NCBI GenBank assembly: GCA_977020255.1
Contig: CDROCS010004085.1
Span: 186,001-250,000, forward strand
DNA length: 64,000 nt
DNA from: Obrimoposthia wandeli
Taxonomy: Eukaryota
Direction: 5' to 3'
In this document: positions 49,962 through 60,559 of the stretch, in pieces
Layout: each line of letters opens with the position of its first letter
Numbering within the stretch: position 1 is the stretch's first letter
Program-made: the position numbers and the translations under genes
Notes under the pieces: generated by a model
Databases searched by the model: none
The model's input: the letters and a program-made list of their open reading frames with translations, nothing else
Told to the model about the DNA's origin: nothing

Positions 49962-52122
49962 GTGCGACCTGAAGTCGTATGAAGCGCTGTTCACCGCGAT
50001 AAGAGTGAACCATCTGTATCACCAGATGACCCTAGGGTTCTGAATAAAGCAGCGAACCCGACAATGTAACGAAGTTCAGCTGTTTGCTGAGCGGGAATGG
50101 AATCGTGAGAGGACGTTCCTCCTGATAACCACAAATCGGGTAAGTGCTAGGGTGTCGGTATGATGAACGTAAGTGAATCCATGCAAGGTGCGTTATACGA
50201 GGATCAGCGGAAGTGGTTAATACGCTGTGGCCAAAAGGCACGAGAGTAGGAAAGAGATTGGACAGTACTCTTTCGTGATCAATACGCTCTCCGCACTATA
50301 GTGGGCATCTAACCCGACGTTGCGTGACATACGGAACAGGGTAAGCCTGTATTTCTCCCTACGGGAAAGCCGTTTGTGAAGACAGCCGATAGTTGTGCAG
50401 GTAAAGGAGGCTAGAAAAAGCGAAAGCCGTGTTGTAATGATGCGGATACAGGTGGTTATCTGGCGCGAAAGCGAGCTGACTTCTAGCTGGTCTCCCGTTG
50501 CAAGATGATTTGAAGAACTTTATTCAAGGAGGAACGCAAATGGTAGCTTTAATTGAAGTTAGTGCCCCTCCTAACGATGCTCAATGGAAAACCATTAACT
50601 GGGCTGACATTGAGCGGCACGTATTAAAGCTTCAAATGCGCATTGCAAAAGCAACCCGAGAAGGTAAACGCGGCAAGGCGAAAGCATTGCAGTGGATATT
50701 AACTCACTCAAGAGCAGCAAAACTTCTTGCTGTTAGACGAGTATCACAAAACAAAGGCAGCAAAACGCCAGGAATAGACGGCATCATTTGGAACACCGAT
50801 GCTCGTTGTATGGCGGCGGTCAATCAACTGAGCAGAAAAGGCTACAAAGCTAAACCGCTCAGGCGTATCTATATCCCCAAGAAAAACGGCAAACTTAGAC
50901 CATTAGGCATTCCGTGCATGATAGACCGAGCGCAGCAAGCGCTTCACCTTCTAGCCCTAGAGCCTATATCTGAGACTATTGTTGATCTAAACAGTTATGG
51001 TTTTCGACCCAACCGAAGTACAGCCGATGCTATCGCGCAATGCTTCAAATGTTTGTGTCAGAAAAACTCTAGCCGTTGGATCCTTGAGGGAGACATCAAA
51101 GCCTGTTTCGACAAGATTGGTCACCAATGGCTTATCGATAACATTCAAACAGATAAACGAATGCTGAAACAGTGGCTCGAATGTGGCTTTATCGATAAAG
51201 GAATGTTTTACAACACGGCAGAGGGAACGCCGCAAGGTGGCATCATCTCCCCGACGCTCATGTTACTGACGTTAGCAGGTTTAGAGAAACTGGTTAAGTC
51301 GATAGCGCGTAAAACAGGCGATAGAGTTAACTTCATTGGATACGCAGATGATTTTGTAATAACAGGGACTTCACAGGAAGTCTTAGTTAACGAAATTAAA
51401 CCGCAGCTCATTGGCTTTCTAAAAGAAAGAGGCTTAACGCTCTCTGAAGAGAAAACGCATGTTACCCATATCGATGATGGTTTTGATTTTCTGGGTTTTA
51501 ACCTCAGAAAATACAAAGGCAAACTACTTATTAAACCAAGTAAGAGCAATGTACTTTCATTTTTGGGTAACTTACGTGAACTCATCAAAAAGTACGCAAC
51601 TATTCCAGTTAACGATCTCATTAAGATATTGAATCCGAAGCTGAAAGGATGGGCGAATTATTATCGTCACTGTGTTGCTAAGCGAACTTTTGATTATATA
51701 AGTCATCAACTTTTCTGGTTATTGTGGCGATGGGCTGTAAGATGTCACCCAACGAAAAGCAAAGACTGGGTACGTCGAAAATACTATATGAACCGCACAG
51801 GTGGATGGCAATTTCATGGCTGGCAGAAAATCGCCAACATGGACTGTTACTTTAATCTGGTTCAGATAGCTCAAACCCCAATAAAAAGACATGTAAAAAT
51901 CATGAGTAAGGCTACGCCTTACGATCCCTTTTATGAAACTTACCTCAAAGAGCGTAAGCCGAAGAAACAGGGAAGAAATTCGTGGTTTGATCCCGTCTTA
52001 GCTGCACTGTGATTGCTGGGTAACGTAACACGCCTTAGCGGAGGCTTGAGCCGTATGCAGTGAAAGTTGCACGTACGGTTCTTAGGAGGGCGGCACTTGG
52101 TAACAAGTGTCGTCTATCCGAC
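49962..52122 (+). mobile_element. Group II intron, IIB-like (about 2.16 kb)
   Basis: 5' GTGCG; domain V GAGCCGTATGCAGTGAAAGTTGCACGTACGGTTC (52048-52081); domain VI ending CTATCCGAC (RAY end); internal RT ORF. Confidence 0.93.
50540..52012 (+). CDS. ltrA: Group II intron reverse transcriptase/maturase
   Basis: NKGSKTPGIDG, RPLGIP, SYGFRP, GDIKACFD, GTPQGG, YADD, domain X GWANYY. No HNH endonuclease motif. GGAGG RBS before ATG 50540. Confidence 0.95.
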   Translation: MVALIEVSAPPNDAQWKTINWADIERHVLKLQMRIAKATREGKRGKAKALQWILTHSRAAKLLAVRRVSQNKGSKTPGIDGIIWNTDARCMAAVNQLSRKGYKAKPLRRIYIPKKNGKLRPLGIPCMIDRAQQALHLLALEPISETIVDLNSYGFRPNRSTADAIAQCFKCLCQKNSSRWILEGDIKACFDKIGHQWLIDNIQTDKRMLKQWLECGFIDKGMFYNTAEGTPQGGIISPTLMLLTLAGLEKLVKSIARKTGDRVNFIGYADDFVITGTSQEVLVNEIKPQLIGFLKERGLTLSEEKTHVTHIDDGFDFLGFNLRKYKGKLLIKPSKSNVLSFLGNLRELIKKYATIPVNDLIKILNPKLKGWANYYRHCVAKRTFDYISHQLFWLLWRWAVRCHPTKSKDWVRRKYYMNRTGGWQFHGWQKIANMDCYFNLVQIAQTPIKRHVKIMSKATPYDPFYETYLKERKPKKQGRNSWFDPVLAAL

Positions 52123-52240
52123 AAAAATGAGTCAGCGAGATCATTGCTGACTTGTGATCACTGAGCAGTTCCGACCAAAATCCGCCATATTTCCGAATTC
52201 TTCCACCACGCCCCTAGCCAAATAGCGCCACACTGGCACT

Positions 52241-52545
52241 CTGAAAACATCAAAACGCACTCACATCGCTCAGGCAGTTTTATCTGCCAACCTTACCGGT
52301 AACCTTGCTGTACTGGTCGCTGACTTAAACCAGTCAGAAAACGGCTGGCATCAGTTTCTACCTGCGGGCAAATTCAAAGCTCGCGACGGTCGCCCCCACG
52401 ATACCGCCGATAGCTATTGGCACCTTAATGCCGATATTGCCGCGCAGATGATAGCGGCCACCAAAGCCACAGCCCCCAAAGACCTGATTGATTACGAACA
52501 TCAAACCCTCAATACTGCTGAAAATGGTCAGAAAGCCATTGCAGC
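52241..52545 (+). pseudogene. Mu-like prophage protease/scaffold (gpI) N-terminal fragment
   Basis: In-frame WHQFLPAGKFKARDGRP...W...IDYEHQTL...GQKAIAA. Starts at CTG (possible ATG mutation) and runs into AT-rich sequence. Confidence 0.75.
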
Positions 52546-52710
52546 CCTCACTTCGCGGGCGGCTACACATTTTCATTATTCCAATTTAATTTTGATAAAT
52601 ATTATAGTTATTATCATTGAAATAGTTATCTATATGTTTTTAAAGGCTTAAAGGTTCTTATCCACAAAAACAGTGGGTAACTATGGCTGGATATATTATT
52701 CTTTATTGGA

Positions 52711-53046
52711 ATGAAAATTGATGCTGCAAATAAGCAACTTGTTAATGCTGAGGTATCAAGTGAAACTATTGAGCTGTTTAACCTTTACGATGAAGTTGCT
52801 AATCAATTTGCGGTTGTGGCTGACGAAGTACGAACATTGGCACAGCGTAGTAAGCAATCAACAGAAGATACTCGACGTTTTCTTAATGGTATCGGTGAGA
52901 ATGCCGATGTTGATAATCTACTAAACATGGCGCAAAGCACGAATCAAACGATTGTGAGTATTCATGCCGAAATGGATATTGTTCAACAACGTATGGCTGA
53001 ATTAGAGCATGAAGTGACGATAGTTAAATGGGATGTAGCCTCTTAG
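52711..53046 (+). pseudogene. Methyl-accepting chemotaxis protein signalling-domain fragment
   Basis: FAVVADEVRTLAQRSKQST hallmark in a 111-aa remnant lacking the rest of the receptor. Confidence 0.75.
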
Positions 53047-53085
53047 TAAATCTGTGATTAGTTGGTACAGGGTATTTCGTTCATA

Positions 53086-53118
53086 AAAAAAGAGAGCATT
53101 ACGCTCTCTTTTTTTATT
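53086..53118. terminator. Bidirectional terminator at the end of the ape cluster
   Basis: aaaaaaagagagc-attac-gctctcttttttt. Confidence 0.85.
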
Positions 53119-53160
53119 TTGTTTTTGGTACTAACGATTTAGCTCAATGGCTATCGTCTA

Positions 53161-54393
53161 CTAATCTTGCCAGCGTTTGAAGATCAATGATGTATTGATA
53201 CCACCGAAAGCAAAGTTATTGCTCATAATATATTGGCAATCAATGTTGCGCCCATCACCGCGAATATAATCTAATGCACCGCAACGTTCATCAACGTTAT
53301 CAAGGTTCAATGTTGGGCTAAACCAGCCCGTGTGCATCATTTCTAAACTTAACCATGCTTCAATGGCACCACAGGCACCAAGAGTATGACCAAAATAGCT
53401 TTTTAATGAGCTAATCGGTGCTTTATCGCCAAAGATGTTGGCTGTTGCATTACTTTCTGCAATATCACCTTTTTCTGTCGCTGTGCCATGTGCAGAAATG
53501 TAGTCGATAGATTCTGCCGACAAATTCGCATTTTTTAGCGCTATTTCCATACAAATTTGCATGGTTTCTTGTTGTGGCTGAGTAATATGTGCCGCATCGC
53601 AGTTACTGGCGAAGCCAACCAGTTCTGCATAAATTTTGGCGCCACGCGCAATAGCGTGTTCGTATTCTTCTAGTATTAATGTACCTGCACCTTCACCAAT
53701 CACTAAACCATCGCGATCGGTATCGTAAGGGCGAGGGGTCGTTTTAGGGGCATCATTCTTAAGGCTAGTCGCGAACAAAGTATCAAAAACCGCCGACTCT
53801 GTTGGGCATAACTCTTCAGCGCCGCCTGCAATCATGACAGTTTGGTAGCCGTGCTTTATCGCTTCATAGGCATAACCGATAGCTTGGCTGCCAGACGTAC
53901 ATGCGCTACTAGTTGGAATAACACGACCACGAAAGCCAAAGAATAAACCGACGTTAACCGCGGTTGTATGGGGCATCATTTGTACATACGTTGTTGCTGT
54001 GATGGCTCTGGTGCTCTTTTCATTGAGCATGACACCAAAGGCACCAATAGCAGGAGTGCTACCGGTTGAAGAGCCGTAAGCAATACCGGTTTCACCGTTA
54101 GTTAGCACGTCGTTATCGAGCAACCCACTTTGTATTAGTGCATTCTCTGTCGCTAAGGTTGAGAGTTTTGATACTCGACCCATCGAACGAATTTTCTTTC
54201 GGGTGTAATGCTTTGGCAGTGAAAAGCCGTGAATAGGCGCGGCGAGCTTGGTATTTAAGCCATCATATTGTTCATAATCGACCATATACTGGGTCGCATT
54301 TTCACAAGTTCGTAATTTAGGCTCGATGGCCTGCCAGTCATTTCCTAAAGCGGTTACGCCAGACATACCGGTTACAACAACGCGACGGATCAT
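53161..54393 (-). CDS. Beta-ketoacyl-ACP synthase (ApeR-like)
   Basis: SSACTSG, HGTAT, GHTLGA catalytic Cys-His-His; NNFAFGG. Confidence 0.92.
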   Translation of the reverse strand: MIRRVVVTGMSGVTALGNDWQAIEPKLRTCENATQYMVDYEQYDGLNTKLAAPIHGFSLPKHYTRKKIRSMGRVSKLSTLATENALIQSGLLDNDVLTNGETGIAYGSSTGSTPAIGAFGVMLNEKSTRAITATTYVQMMPHTTAVNVGLFFGFRGRVIPTSSACTSGSQAIGYAYEAIKHGYQTVMIAGGAEELCPTESAVFDTLFATSLKNDAPKTTPRPYDTDRDGLVIGEGAGTLILEEYEHAIARGAKIYAELVGFASNCDAAHITQPQQETMQICMEIALKNANLSAESIDYISAHGTATEKGDIAESNATANIFGDKAPISSLKSYFGHTLGACGAIEAWLSLEMMHTGWFSPTLNLDNVDERCGALDYIRGDGRNIDCQYIMSNNFAFGGINTSLIFKRWQD

Positions 54394-55115
54394 ATTAATC
54401 CTCCATTTACCGAAATTACTTGGCGTGTCACATACGCCGCGATATCAGACATTAAGTAACTAACAAGACCCGCGACTTCTTCAGGTTCACCCATACGGCG
54501 CAATGGCACTTGCGGTAAGGCATGTTCTTTAACATGGTCATCAACCATACCTGTATCGATTAAGCCTGGTGCGACACAGTTCACCGTGATTTTCCGCTTA
54601 GCCAGCTCTAGTGCTAACGATTTGGTTGCACCAATAACGCCTGCTTTTGCTGCGCTATAGTTGGTTTGACCACGGTTACCTATAATGCCAGAAACAGAGG
54701 CTAATGTAATAATGCGGCCACCTTTACGTTTCTGTACCATTGGCATAACGCAAGGGTGAAGTACGTTATAAAAGCTGTCGAGATTGGTATGAATAACGCC
54801 ATCCCATTCTTCTTCTGTCATCGCTGGGAATGCGGTATCACGGGTAATGCCGGCGTTACTGACGACACCATAGTAAGCGCCATACGCAGCAATATCGGCT
54901 TCAAGTTGTTCACGGCATTGAGCGCGATCACTGATATCAAATTGAATGATACGACCCGAACCGCCAGCGTGCTGAATATCACTTAATGTTGCTTCTGCGC
55001 CAGGTTTGTCACTCATGTAATGCACTACGACAGTAAAACCGTCTTTAGCAAGCTGTGTAGCAATAGCACGTCCAATACCTTTGCTCGCGCCTGTTACTAA
55101 TACCTGTCGGGTCAT
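54390..55115 (-). CDS. 3-oxoacyl-ACP reductase (FabG/ApeQ-like)
   Basis: TGASKGIG, NAG, YSAAK. Confidence 0.93.
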   Translation of the reverse strand: MTRQVLVTGASKGIGRAIATQLAKDGFTVVVHYMSDKPGAEATLSDIQHAGGSGRIIQFDISDRAQCREQLEADIAAYGAYYGVVSNAGITRDTAFPAMTEEEWDGVIHTNLDSFYNVLHPCVMPMVQKRKGGRIITLASVSGIIGNRGQTNYSAAKAGVIGATKSLALELAKRKITVNCVAPGLIDTGMVDDHVKEHALPQVPLRRMGEPEEVAGLVSYLMSDIAAYVTRQVISVNGGLI

Positions 55116-55591
55116 GAAGGATTCCTATTTTCTTGAGAGTTACCGATCATTTGATCTAATTTTTCTGGTGATGGTACAAATGCATTTAATTGGCAAGTGG
55201 CTAACACTGTGCCTTGGTGTTCAATGCGGCAAGTGAAAACGGCCATTCCATTATTTTCCATTAGGCGATCGGCATAAATGTCGAGTAAGTCGCCTTCATT
55301 AAAAGCGCTGCATTCTGTTTGGTAGCGGCGACAACCGAGTAAAAAACCAATGGGTGAAGGTTTGCCTTGTTTCCAAGCATGATAACCCGCCCAACCCGCA
55401 ACAGATTGAGCCATAAATTCAATGCCGACATGCCCAGGAATACTACGGGTGTCGGGATCGAAAAAAATACAATTTTCGTTGATACTCACTCGACAATGAA
55501 CATGCTCTTCACCTACGTCGATAAGCTCATCAACCAGCACCATTGGTGTGTCATGAGGAATAAGTTGATGCAAATGCGGAATATTAGACAT
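55112..55591 (-). CDS. Hot-dog-fold dehydratase partner (ApeP-like)
   Basis: LIPHDTPMVLVD, IEFMAQ, GFLLG. Start at MSNIP overlapping the KS stop. Confidence 0.85.
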   Translation of the reverse strand: MSNIPHLHQLIPHDTPMVLVDELIDVGEEHVHCRVSINENCIFFDPDTRSIPGHVGIEFMAQSVAGWAGYHAWKQGKPSPIGFLLGCRRYQTECSAFNEGDLLDIYADRLMENNGMAVFTCRIEHQGTVLATCQLNAFVPSPEKLDQMIGNSQENRNPS

Positions 55592-56858
55592 GTGTGTACC
55601 CAAATATCAGGCTGATGTTATTGCCACCAAAGGCAAATGAATTACTTAGAATCGCGGGCTGAACAAGTTTCGTATTCGGTTTAACTAACGTAATGGGTGC
55701 AAGGCTGTCTGCTATTTCACCATCATTTATTTGTGCTGGAAGGTCAATGCCATAATGCAGTATGTGCCAACAAATAGCAGCTTCTACAGCACTCGCTGCC
55801 CCTAGAGTATGGCCGGTAAACGGTTTCGTTGAGCTTACTGGCGTTTTTCCACCAAAGACACGATGAATCGCCTTTGCTTCCATCTCATCATTCAACGGGG
55901 TTGCTGTACCGTGGGCATTGATGTAGCCAATGTCTTCTGGGGTTAGCCCTGCATCATCCAGTGCTTTGCGCATCGCTTCTTCTGCGCCGTTACCTTCTGG
56001 GTGTGGCGCCGATATGTGGTGGGCGTCAGAGCTATCACCGACACCTAGCAAAGCGATCTGCTGTTTCGCGTTAGATCGACTTGAATCGGCTTTATCTCGA
56101 TGCAATGCGTCAGGTTCTGGTGTTAAGGCTAACAACATGAATGCGGCCGCTTCACCAATATTAATGCCATTACGGTTTTTGCTAAAAGGGTTACATAAGG
56201 TGCTTGAAAGTGCGTCTAAACCGTGGAAACCATTTAAGGTTAGCTTACAAAGAGAATCGACCCCACCGACGATAACAGCATCAACAATGCCCATTTTTAA
56301 TAATCGTTTCGCTGTCAGAAAAACCCTACCGCTTGAAGAACAAGCCGTTGAAATGGTATAGGTTGGCCCTTCTAGCCCGAAATAATCAGCAACAAATTCA
56401 GCTGGATTACCAATTTCTTGTTGGTAGTAATGATAATCAGTAGGAAAATCACCGTCATTCATTTGCTTGCTTAGAGCTTGCTCGCCATCTGAAATACCAG
56501 AAGTGCTGGTGCCAATGATGACGGCTAGACGTTCTTTACCGTATTGGTTAATCGCATGTTCAATGGGGGCTGTGATTTGCTGTAAGGCTGATAGTGCAAG
56601 GCGGTTATTAAAGGAACCTTGTTGTTGGCAACGTGCTGGTACAGCGGGCAGTGGGTCGTGTATTTTACCGATAACCGTATCAGCCCCATCATTCAACCAG
56701 CCTGTTACGGGCAGCATATCGGGTGAAGCTCCTTGCTGTAGGCGTGAATGTATTTCTTCTGCATTTTTGCCTAGCGCAGAATGAAACCCACAGCCATGAA
56801 TATACACGGGCGTGCATTTATGTTCTTTTTCCGTGGTGTTCGACATATTAATCGTCAT
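55584..56858 (-). CDS. Beta-ketoacyl-ACP synthase (ApeO-like)
   Basis: STACSSS, HGTAT, GHTLGAA, SNSFAFGG. Confidence 0.9.
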   Translation of the reverse strand: MTINMSNTTEKEHKCTPVYIHGCGFHSALGKNAEEIHSRLQQGASPDMLPVTGWLNDGADTVIGKIHDPLPAVPARCQQQGSFNNRLALSALQQITAPIEHAINQYGKERLAVIIGTSTSGISDGEQALSKQMNDGDFPTDYHYYQQEIGNPAEFVADYFGLEGPTYTISTACSSSGRVFLTAKRLLKMGIVDAVIVGGVDSLCKLTLNGFHGLDALSSTLCNPFSKNRNGINIGEAAAFMLLALTPEPDALHRDKADSSRSNAKQQIALLGVGDSSDAHHISAPHPEGNGAEEAMRKALDDAGLTPEDIGYINAHGTATPLNDEMEAKAIHRVFGGKTPVSSTKPFTGHTLGAASAVEAAICWHILHYGIDLPAQINDGEIADSLAPITLVKPNTKLVQPAILSNSFAFGGNNISLIFGYTHV

Positions 56859-56869
56859 TGCACTTCTTA

Positions 56870-57496
56870 TTATTGTTGGTTGTAATCTAACGTTTTAATG
56901 GTAATTGTGTAGCCAAGCTTATGATTGATAAAGGTAATGTCACCATCAAGGTGCTGTGCTGACTGATAGTTAATATCAGCGACAACCATCCCCATATCAT
57001 CAATGAGCTGGCGGTGCTGTGCTATTTCTATTAGCTGCCACCCCACATCGTCTAATGGTTTATGCCATGCATCTAACGGCCATAGCGTTAGCATTAAATT
57101 AAACAACACTTGCTCAGGCTTGGGCAACGTATCCCCTAATCCTGGTAAGACACTGGCTTCAATGGTCTGGTTTTCATAGGTTAAGCTCAGAATACGAGAT
57201 CCCCACGATGAAAAGCCTGCTAATGCCAGCTTCTGACTATCGACTTGCAGTTGCACGGGTAGTTGGTGGTTTTTTTCTGCCCACTGTGCAGTGATCAATT
57301 GACTTGCGGTTAATGAATACCCCAATTGGGCTGCAGTCGGTAATGTGACCAATGTATCGGGTGCAATACTGACTTGATTGGCTTGTGGTTCTGGCTTCAT
57401 TGCACAACCGCTGAAGGTGAATACCAACATGGCTAACGCTAATGGTTTGAATGGCATTGCCTGCACGATTGATCGCTGCGTTAGGGTGAACATCAT
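56870..57496 (-). CDS. DUF3261-like lipoprotein (ApeN-like)
   Basis: Lipobox FSGC; position in the cluster. Confidence 0.75.
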   Translation of the reverse strand: MMFTLTQRSIVQAMPFKPLALAMLVFTFSGCAMKPEPQANQVSIAPDTLVTLPTAAQLGYSLTASQLITAQWAEKNHQLPVQLQVDSQKLALAGFSSWGSRILSLTYENQTIEASVLPGLGDTLPKPEQVLFNLMLTLWPLDAWHKPLDDVGWQLIEIAQHRQLIDDMGMVVADINYQSAQHLDGDITFINHKLGYTITIKTLDYNQQ

Positions 57497-59889
57497 TCAT
57501 TCGCCTTATTGTGTCGAGTGTTATTAGTCTGTTTATCGTGAACCGACATGGATTGCACCGACATAGATAAAGGGGCAAGTAACCACGCCACGATAATGCC
57601 GGTCAATACGGTAATGCCAAAACTGTGTATCGCTTGGGTCGCACTCAAGGCCAATAAGCCAAATGACAATAGGGTAGTGGCTGCTGATAGGCTGATTGCC
57701 AGTAATGTACTGTGGGTCGAAACCGATGCAGCGTTTTTTTCAGCGTTAGCATCAATAGCCTGATCCTGCTCAGCAAAGAATAGGGTGTAATCTATTCCAA
57801 TCCCCAAAATTAATATTAGTGCGAGTAAGTTAAATAGATTTAGCGGTACGCCTGTCATTGTCGTAACAGCGATTCCGGCACAGCCAGCAATAACTGGCGG
57901 TAAAATAAGTAAAAAACCCTTCTTCATGCCATATCGCCAAGCAAGTAACGCCCAAATTGCCAGTGTTGCACCAATCAGTAATTCTGTTACTCGTACTCGG
58001 TATTCACCAAAGAGTAACGAGACTTCATCCGCTTTATTAAGGTAACTGATATTCAGGTGCTGAGCCGCAAATTGTTGAATGATTTTTGGTTGATGCACAT
58101 CGCTCAACATAATGATGGCAGATTGCGTGCCTTGTAACTGACCTAGCCACATAAAACGCAATGGTTCAGCAACGGGCGACGTCAGAAAATCATCAATGGT
58201 GAGAGGCGTAAATGTTTGCTTCAATGTTACTGGCGTATTGAGTTTTAACTGCTGGGTTAATGCATCGCCTTGCTGCTGGTAAAGCTGCTGTACTAAGGCG
58301 AAATTGTCGCGCTGGGTATTTTCAGATGGCAAGTATTGGCTAATGCTTTGGTATCCGCCTAATGCCCCTTGCTGTTGGTACGTATCAAGCTGCTGTGTCA
58401 CTTGTTGTAACTGGTTTAGCAGGCCTTGTTCATCCGCTGCTTTTACTAGCAACATTTGCTGGCTACTGCTTACGCCAGTGATTGCTTTAATCGTTGCTTC
58501 TTGTTGTTTCAAATCTGTCGGCAATGCTTGCAGTTGGCGAATATCATCATTGTAATCGGCATGATACATACCCACTAGAGCAGCAATGAATATGATGGAA
58601 GGGAAAGCTATACGAATAACTGGTTTTTGCCATAAATTTAGCCATGCAGTCATTGTATGCATGAATGGCAAAGCACTGCGTTGTTGGCTAGGTTTACGCG
58701 CTAAAATCGGATACCAGCACACGACTGTCGCATAAGCTGCGGTTAAGCCAATGGCAGAGAATAAAGATAATTGCTGCAAACCAGGGAAAGGCGCGATAAG
58801 CATGCCAAGGTAGCCAATCAAACTGGTAATTAGGCCTAGCGTGATGGCGGCAAAAATATGTTGTAAGCCTTGTTGTGCATTCCAGGTTTTGCCTGCTGCC
58901 AAGCGGTCAGTAAGAAAATGAAAGGCATAATCGATAGATACGCCAATTAAGCTGGCACCGAATACCAAACTGAACAAATGGACTTTACCGAAAATAGCGA
59001 CGGTTAATACAAATGCCGACAGCAACCCACAGCTAATAGACAGCAAGGCGAGCGCAATCGGTAAAGGGCTACGATATACCGCCAATAGTAAGACGATAAT
59101 ACCAAGTAGCGAACCTAGCCCTATGGTACTTATTTCACTTTTAGCGCTTTCAGTGCCGTGTGCCGCATAGAAAATTACCCCTGTGTGCAGCACGTCGACA
59201 TTATAATGTTGGCGAATACTATTTTCTAACGTGGTGAGTGCTGGCAGTTGGTGCTGTAGGTTTACGCTATAGGCTGAATCTGATAAATCGGCAGTAATTA
59301 ATATGTAATCTTTGCCTTGATAATCTGTCGTTAAAAAGCCATCGGTTAATTGAAAATCACCTGATTGCTTCGTTAGCTGAGAAAGAAAATCACGAAAGAG
59401 CAGAAACGGATCACTGCGCAGTTCATTACCTGTTACCCCTGAAAATGGGTTATACAGAGCTTGAAGAACCTGCTGATTTTGCAGCTCTGGGGTATGTTGT
59501 AAGCGTGCTTGTTGTTCAGATGTCAGTAGTTGAAAGCGTTTAGGGAAATATAACTCTCCCCAAGCTTGTTGTACGTTCTGGCTGATTCTGCCTGTGACTT
59601 TACTGAATAGCCCCACCGTTGCGAGTTCTGATGAAAATTGCTCAGAAGCCGCTAATAACGCTTGTTTATCTTGGCCTCCGATCAGAAAGATAACTTTATC
59701 GCTCATGCTATTCGCGACCTGATCAAAGGCCTCTTGTGCGATAGGATCTTGCCGATTTTCTGGTAGCAATGCCAGAATGTTGGTTTCTATTGGGGATTGG
59801 TTGCGCACGGTCAATTGATACCCTAAGGCACCAATAAAAATCAAGGTGATGAATAACCAAGCAAAGGCAAGTTTAGAATTGGAAGGCAC
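57493..59889 (-). CDS. MMPL/RND-like exporter (ApeM-like)
   Basis: Two TM blocks with GVSIDYAFH and GIGIDYTLF motifs. Confidence 0.88.
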   Translation of the reverse strand: MPSNSKLAFAWLFITLIFIGALGYQLTVRNQSPIETNILALLPENRQDPIAQEAFDQVANSMSDKVIFLIGGQDKQALLAASEQFSSELATVGLFSKVTGRISQNVQQAWGELYFPKRFQLLTSEQQARLQHTPELQNQQVLQALYNPFSGVTGNELRSDPFLLFRDFLSQLTKQSGDFQLTDGFLTTDYQGKDYILITADLSDSAYSVNLQHQLPALTTLENSIRQHYNVDVLHTGVIFYAAHGTESAKSEISTIGLGSLLGIIVLLLAVYRSPLPIALALLSISCGLLSAFVLTVAIFGKVHLFSLVFGASLIGVSIDYAFHFLTDRLAAGKTWNAQQGLQHIFAAITLGLITSLIGYLGMLIAPFPGLQQLSLFSAIGLTAAYATVVCWYPILARKPSQQRSALPFMHTMTAWLNLWQKPVIRIAFPSIIFIAALVGMYHADYNDDIRQLQALPTDLKQQEATIKAITGVSSSQQMLLVKAADEQGLLNQLQQVTQQLDTYQQQGALGGYQSISQYLPSENTQRDNFALVQQLYQQQGDALTQQLKLNTPVTLKQTFTPLTIDDFLTSPVAEPLRFMWLGQLQGTQSAIIMLSDVHQPKIIQQFAAQHLNISYLNKADEVSLLFGEYRVRVTELLIGATLAIWALLAWRYGMKKGFLLILPPVIAGCAGIAVTTMTGVPLNLFNLLALILILGIGIDYTLFFAEQDQAIDANAEKNAASVSTHSTLLAISLSAATTLLSFGLLALSATQAIHSFGITVLTGIIVAWLLAPLSMSVQSMSVHDKQTNNTRHNKANE

Positions 59890-60559
59890 GTTGTTCTTCT
59901 ACAGTCAGTTCAGCAGGGGTTGTGCGTTGGTTGGAAAACGTAATGTCAGTCACATCGCCACGAATTTCGGTTAACGTTAAATGGTTAATGAACGCATCAC
60001 CATTGATCGTGATGGTTTTAAAGACTGCATTCAAAGGGGCAGCTTTAGGTGTAAGCACTAATTGCCATCCCCCTTCGTTATCTGGCTGTTGGCTTAATGC
60101 TAGTTCGAACTGTTCGGTTAATTGGCTAGTATCCCCTTTAAATAAAGACAGGAATACATGACTAAAATAGAACACCATTGGGTTCTCACTTGCTGAAACC
60201 ACTTGCGCGTCTTGGTCGCCAAATTGCTGGCTTAACTTGTCTTTGGTTAGTATTAAGGCGACGGGGAAAGGGGTGGTTTGTTGCCAAAGTAATCCCTGTT
60301 TTTCTGCTAATAGAAATTGCCCTTGTGAGATTAATGGTGCATTGAACATTTCCATTTTTCGAGTTTGTTCAAAGTCGCCGCGAACAATCGGTTGATTCGA
60401 TAATTTCTCTTGCAGATCAGGCAATGTAATCGCGTTAGATGAAAAACTGATAAGCCCTGCACATAGGCTTAACCCAAGAGTGACGTTGTGTAATAAACGC
60501 TTAGCTGTTGTTCGTGGGGGGCGAATGTTGCTACTTGCGATATTATTTTGTGCCAGCAT
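59873..60559 (-). CDS. LolA-like carrier protein (ApeL-like)
   Basis: GDFEQTRK...SQGQF...GLLWQQTTPF. Start at MLAQNN. Confidence 0.8.
   Translation of the reverse strand: MLAQNNIASSNIRPPRTTAKRLLHNVTLGLSLCAGLISFSSNAITLPDLQEKLSNQPIVRGDFEQTRKMEMFNAPLISQGQFLLAEKQGLLWQQTTPFPVALILTKDKLSQQFGDQDAQVVSASENPMVFYFSHVFLSLFKGDTSQLTEQFELALSQQPDNEGGWQLVLTPKAAPLNAVFKTITINGDAFINHLTLTEIRGDVTDITFSNQRTTPAELTVEEQRAFQF

Noticed and set aside
50540-52012. Retron, DGR, Abi or CRISPR-associated RT
   Set aside because: Flanked by canonical group II intron 5' end, domain V and domain VI, and has a maturase X domain.
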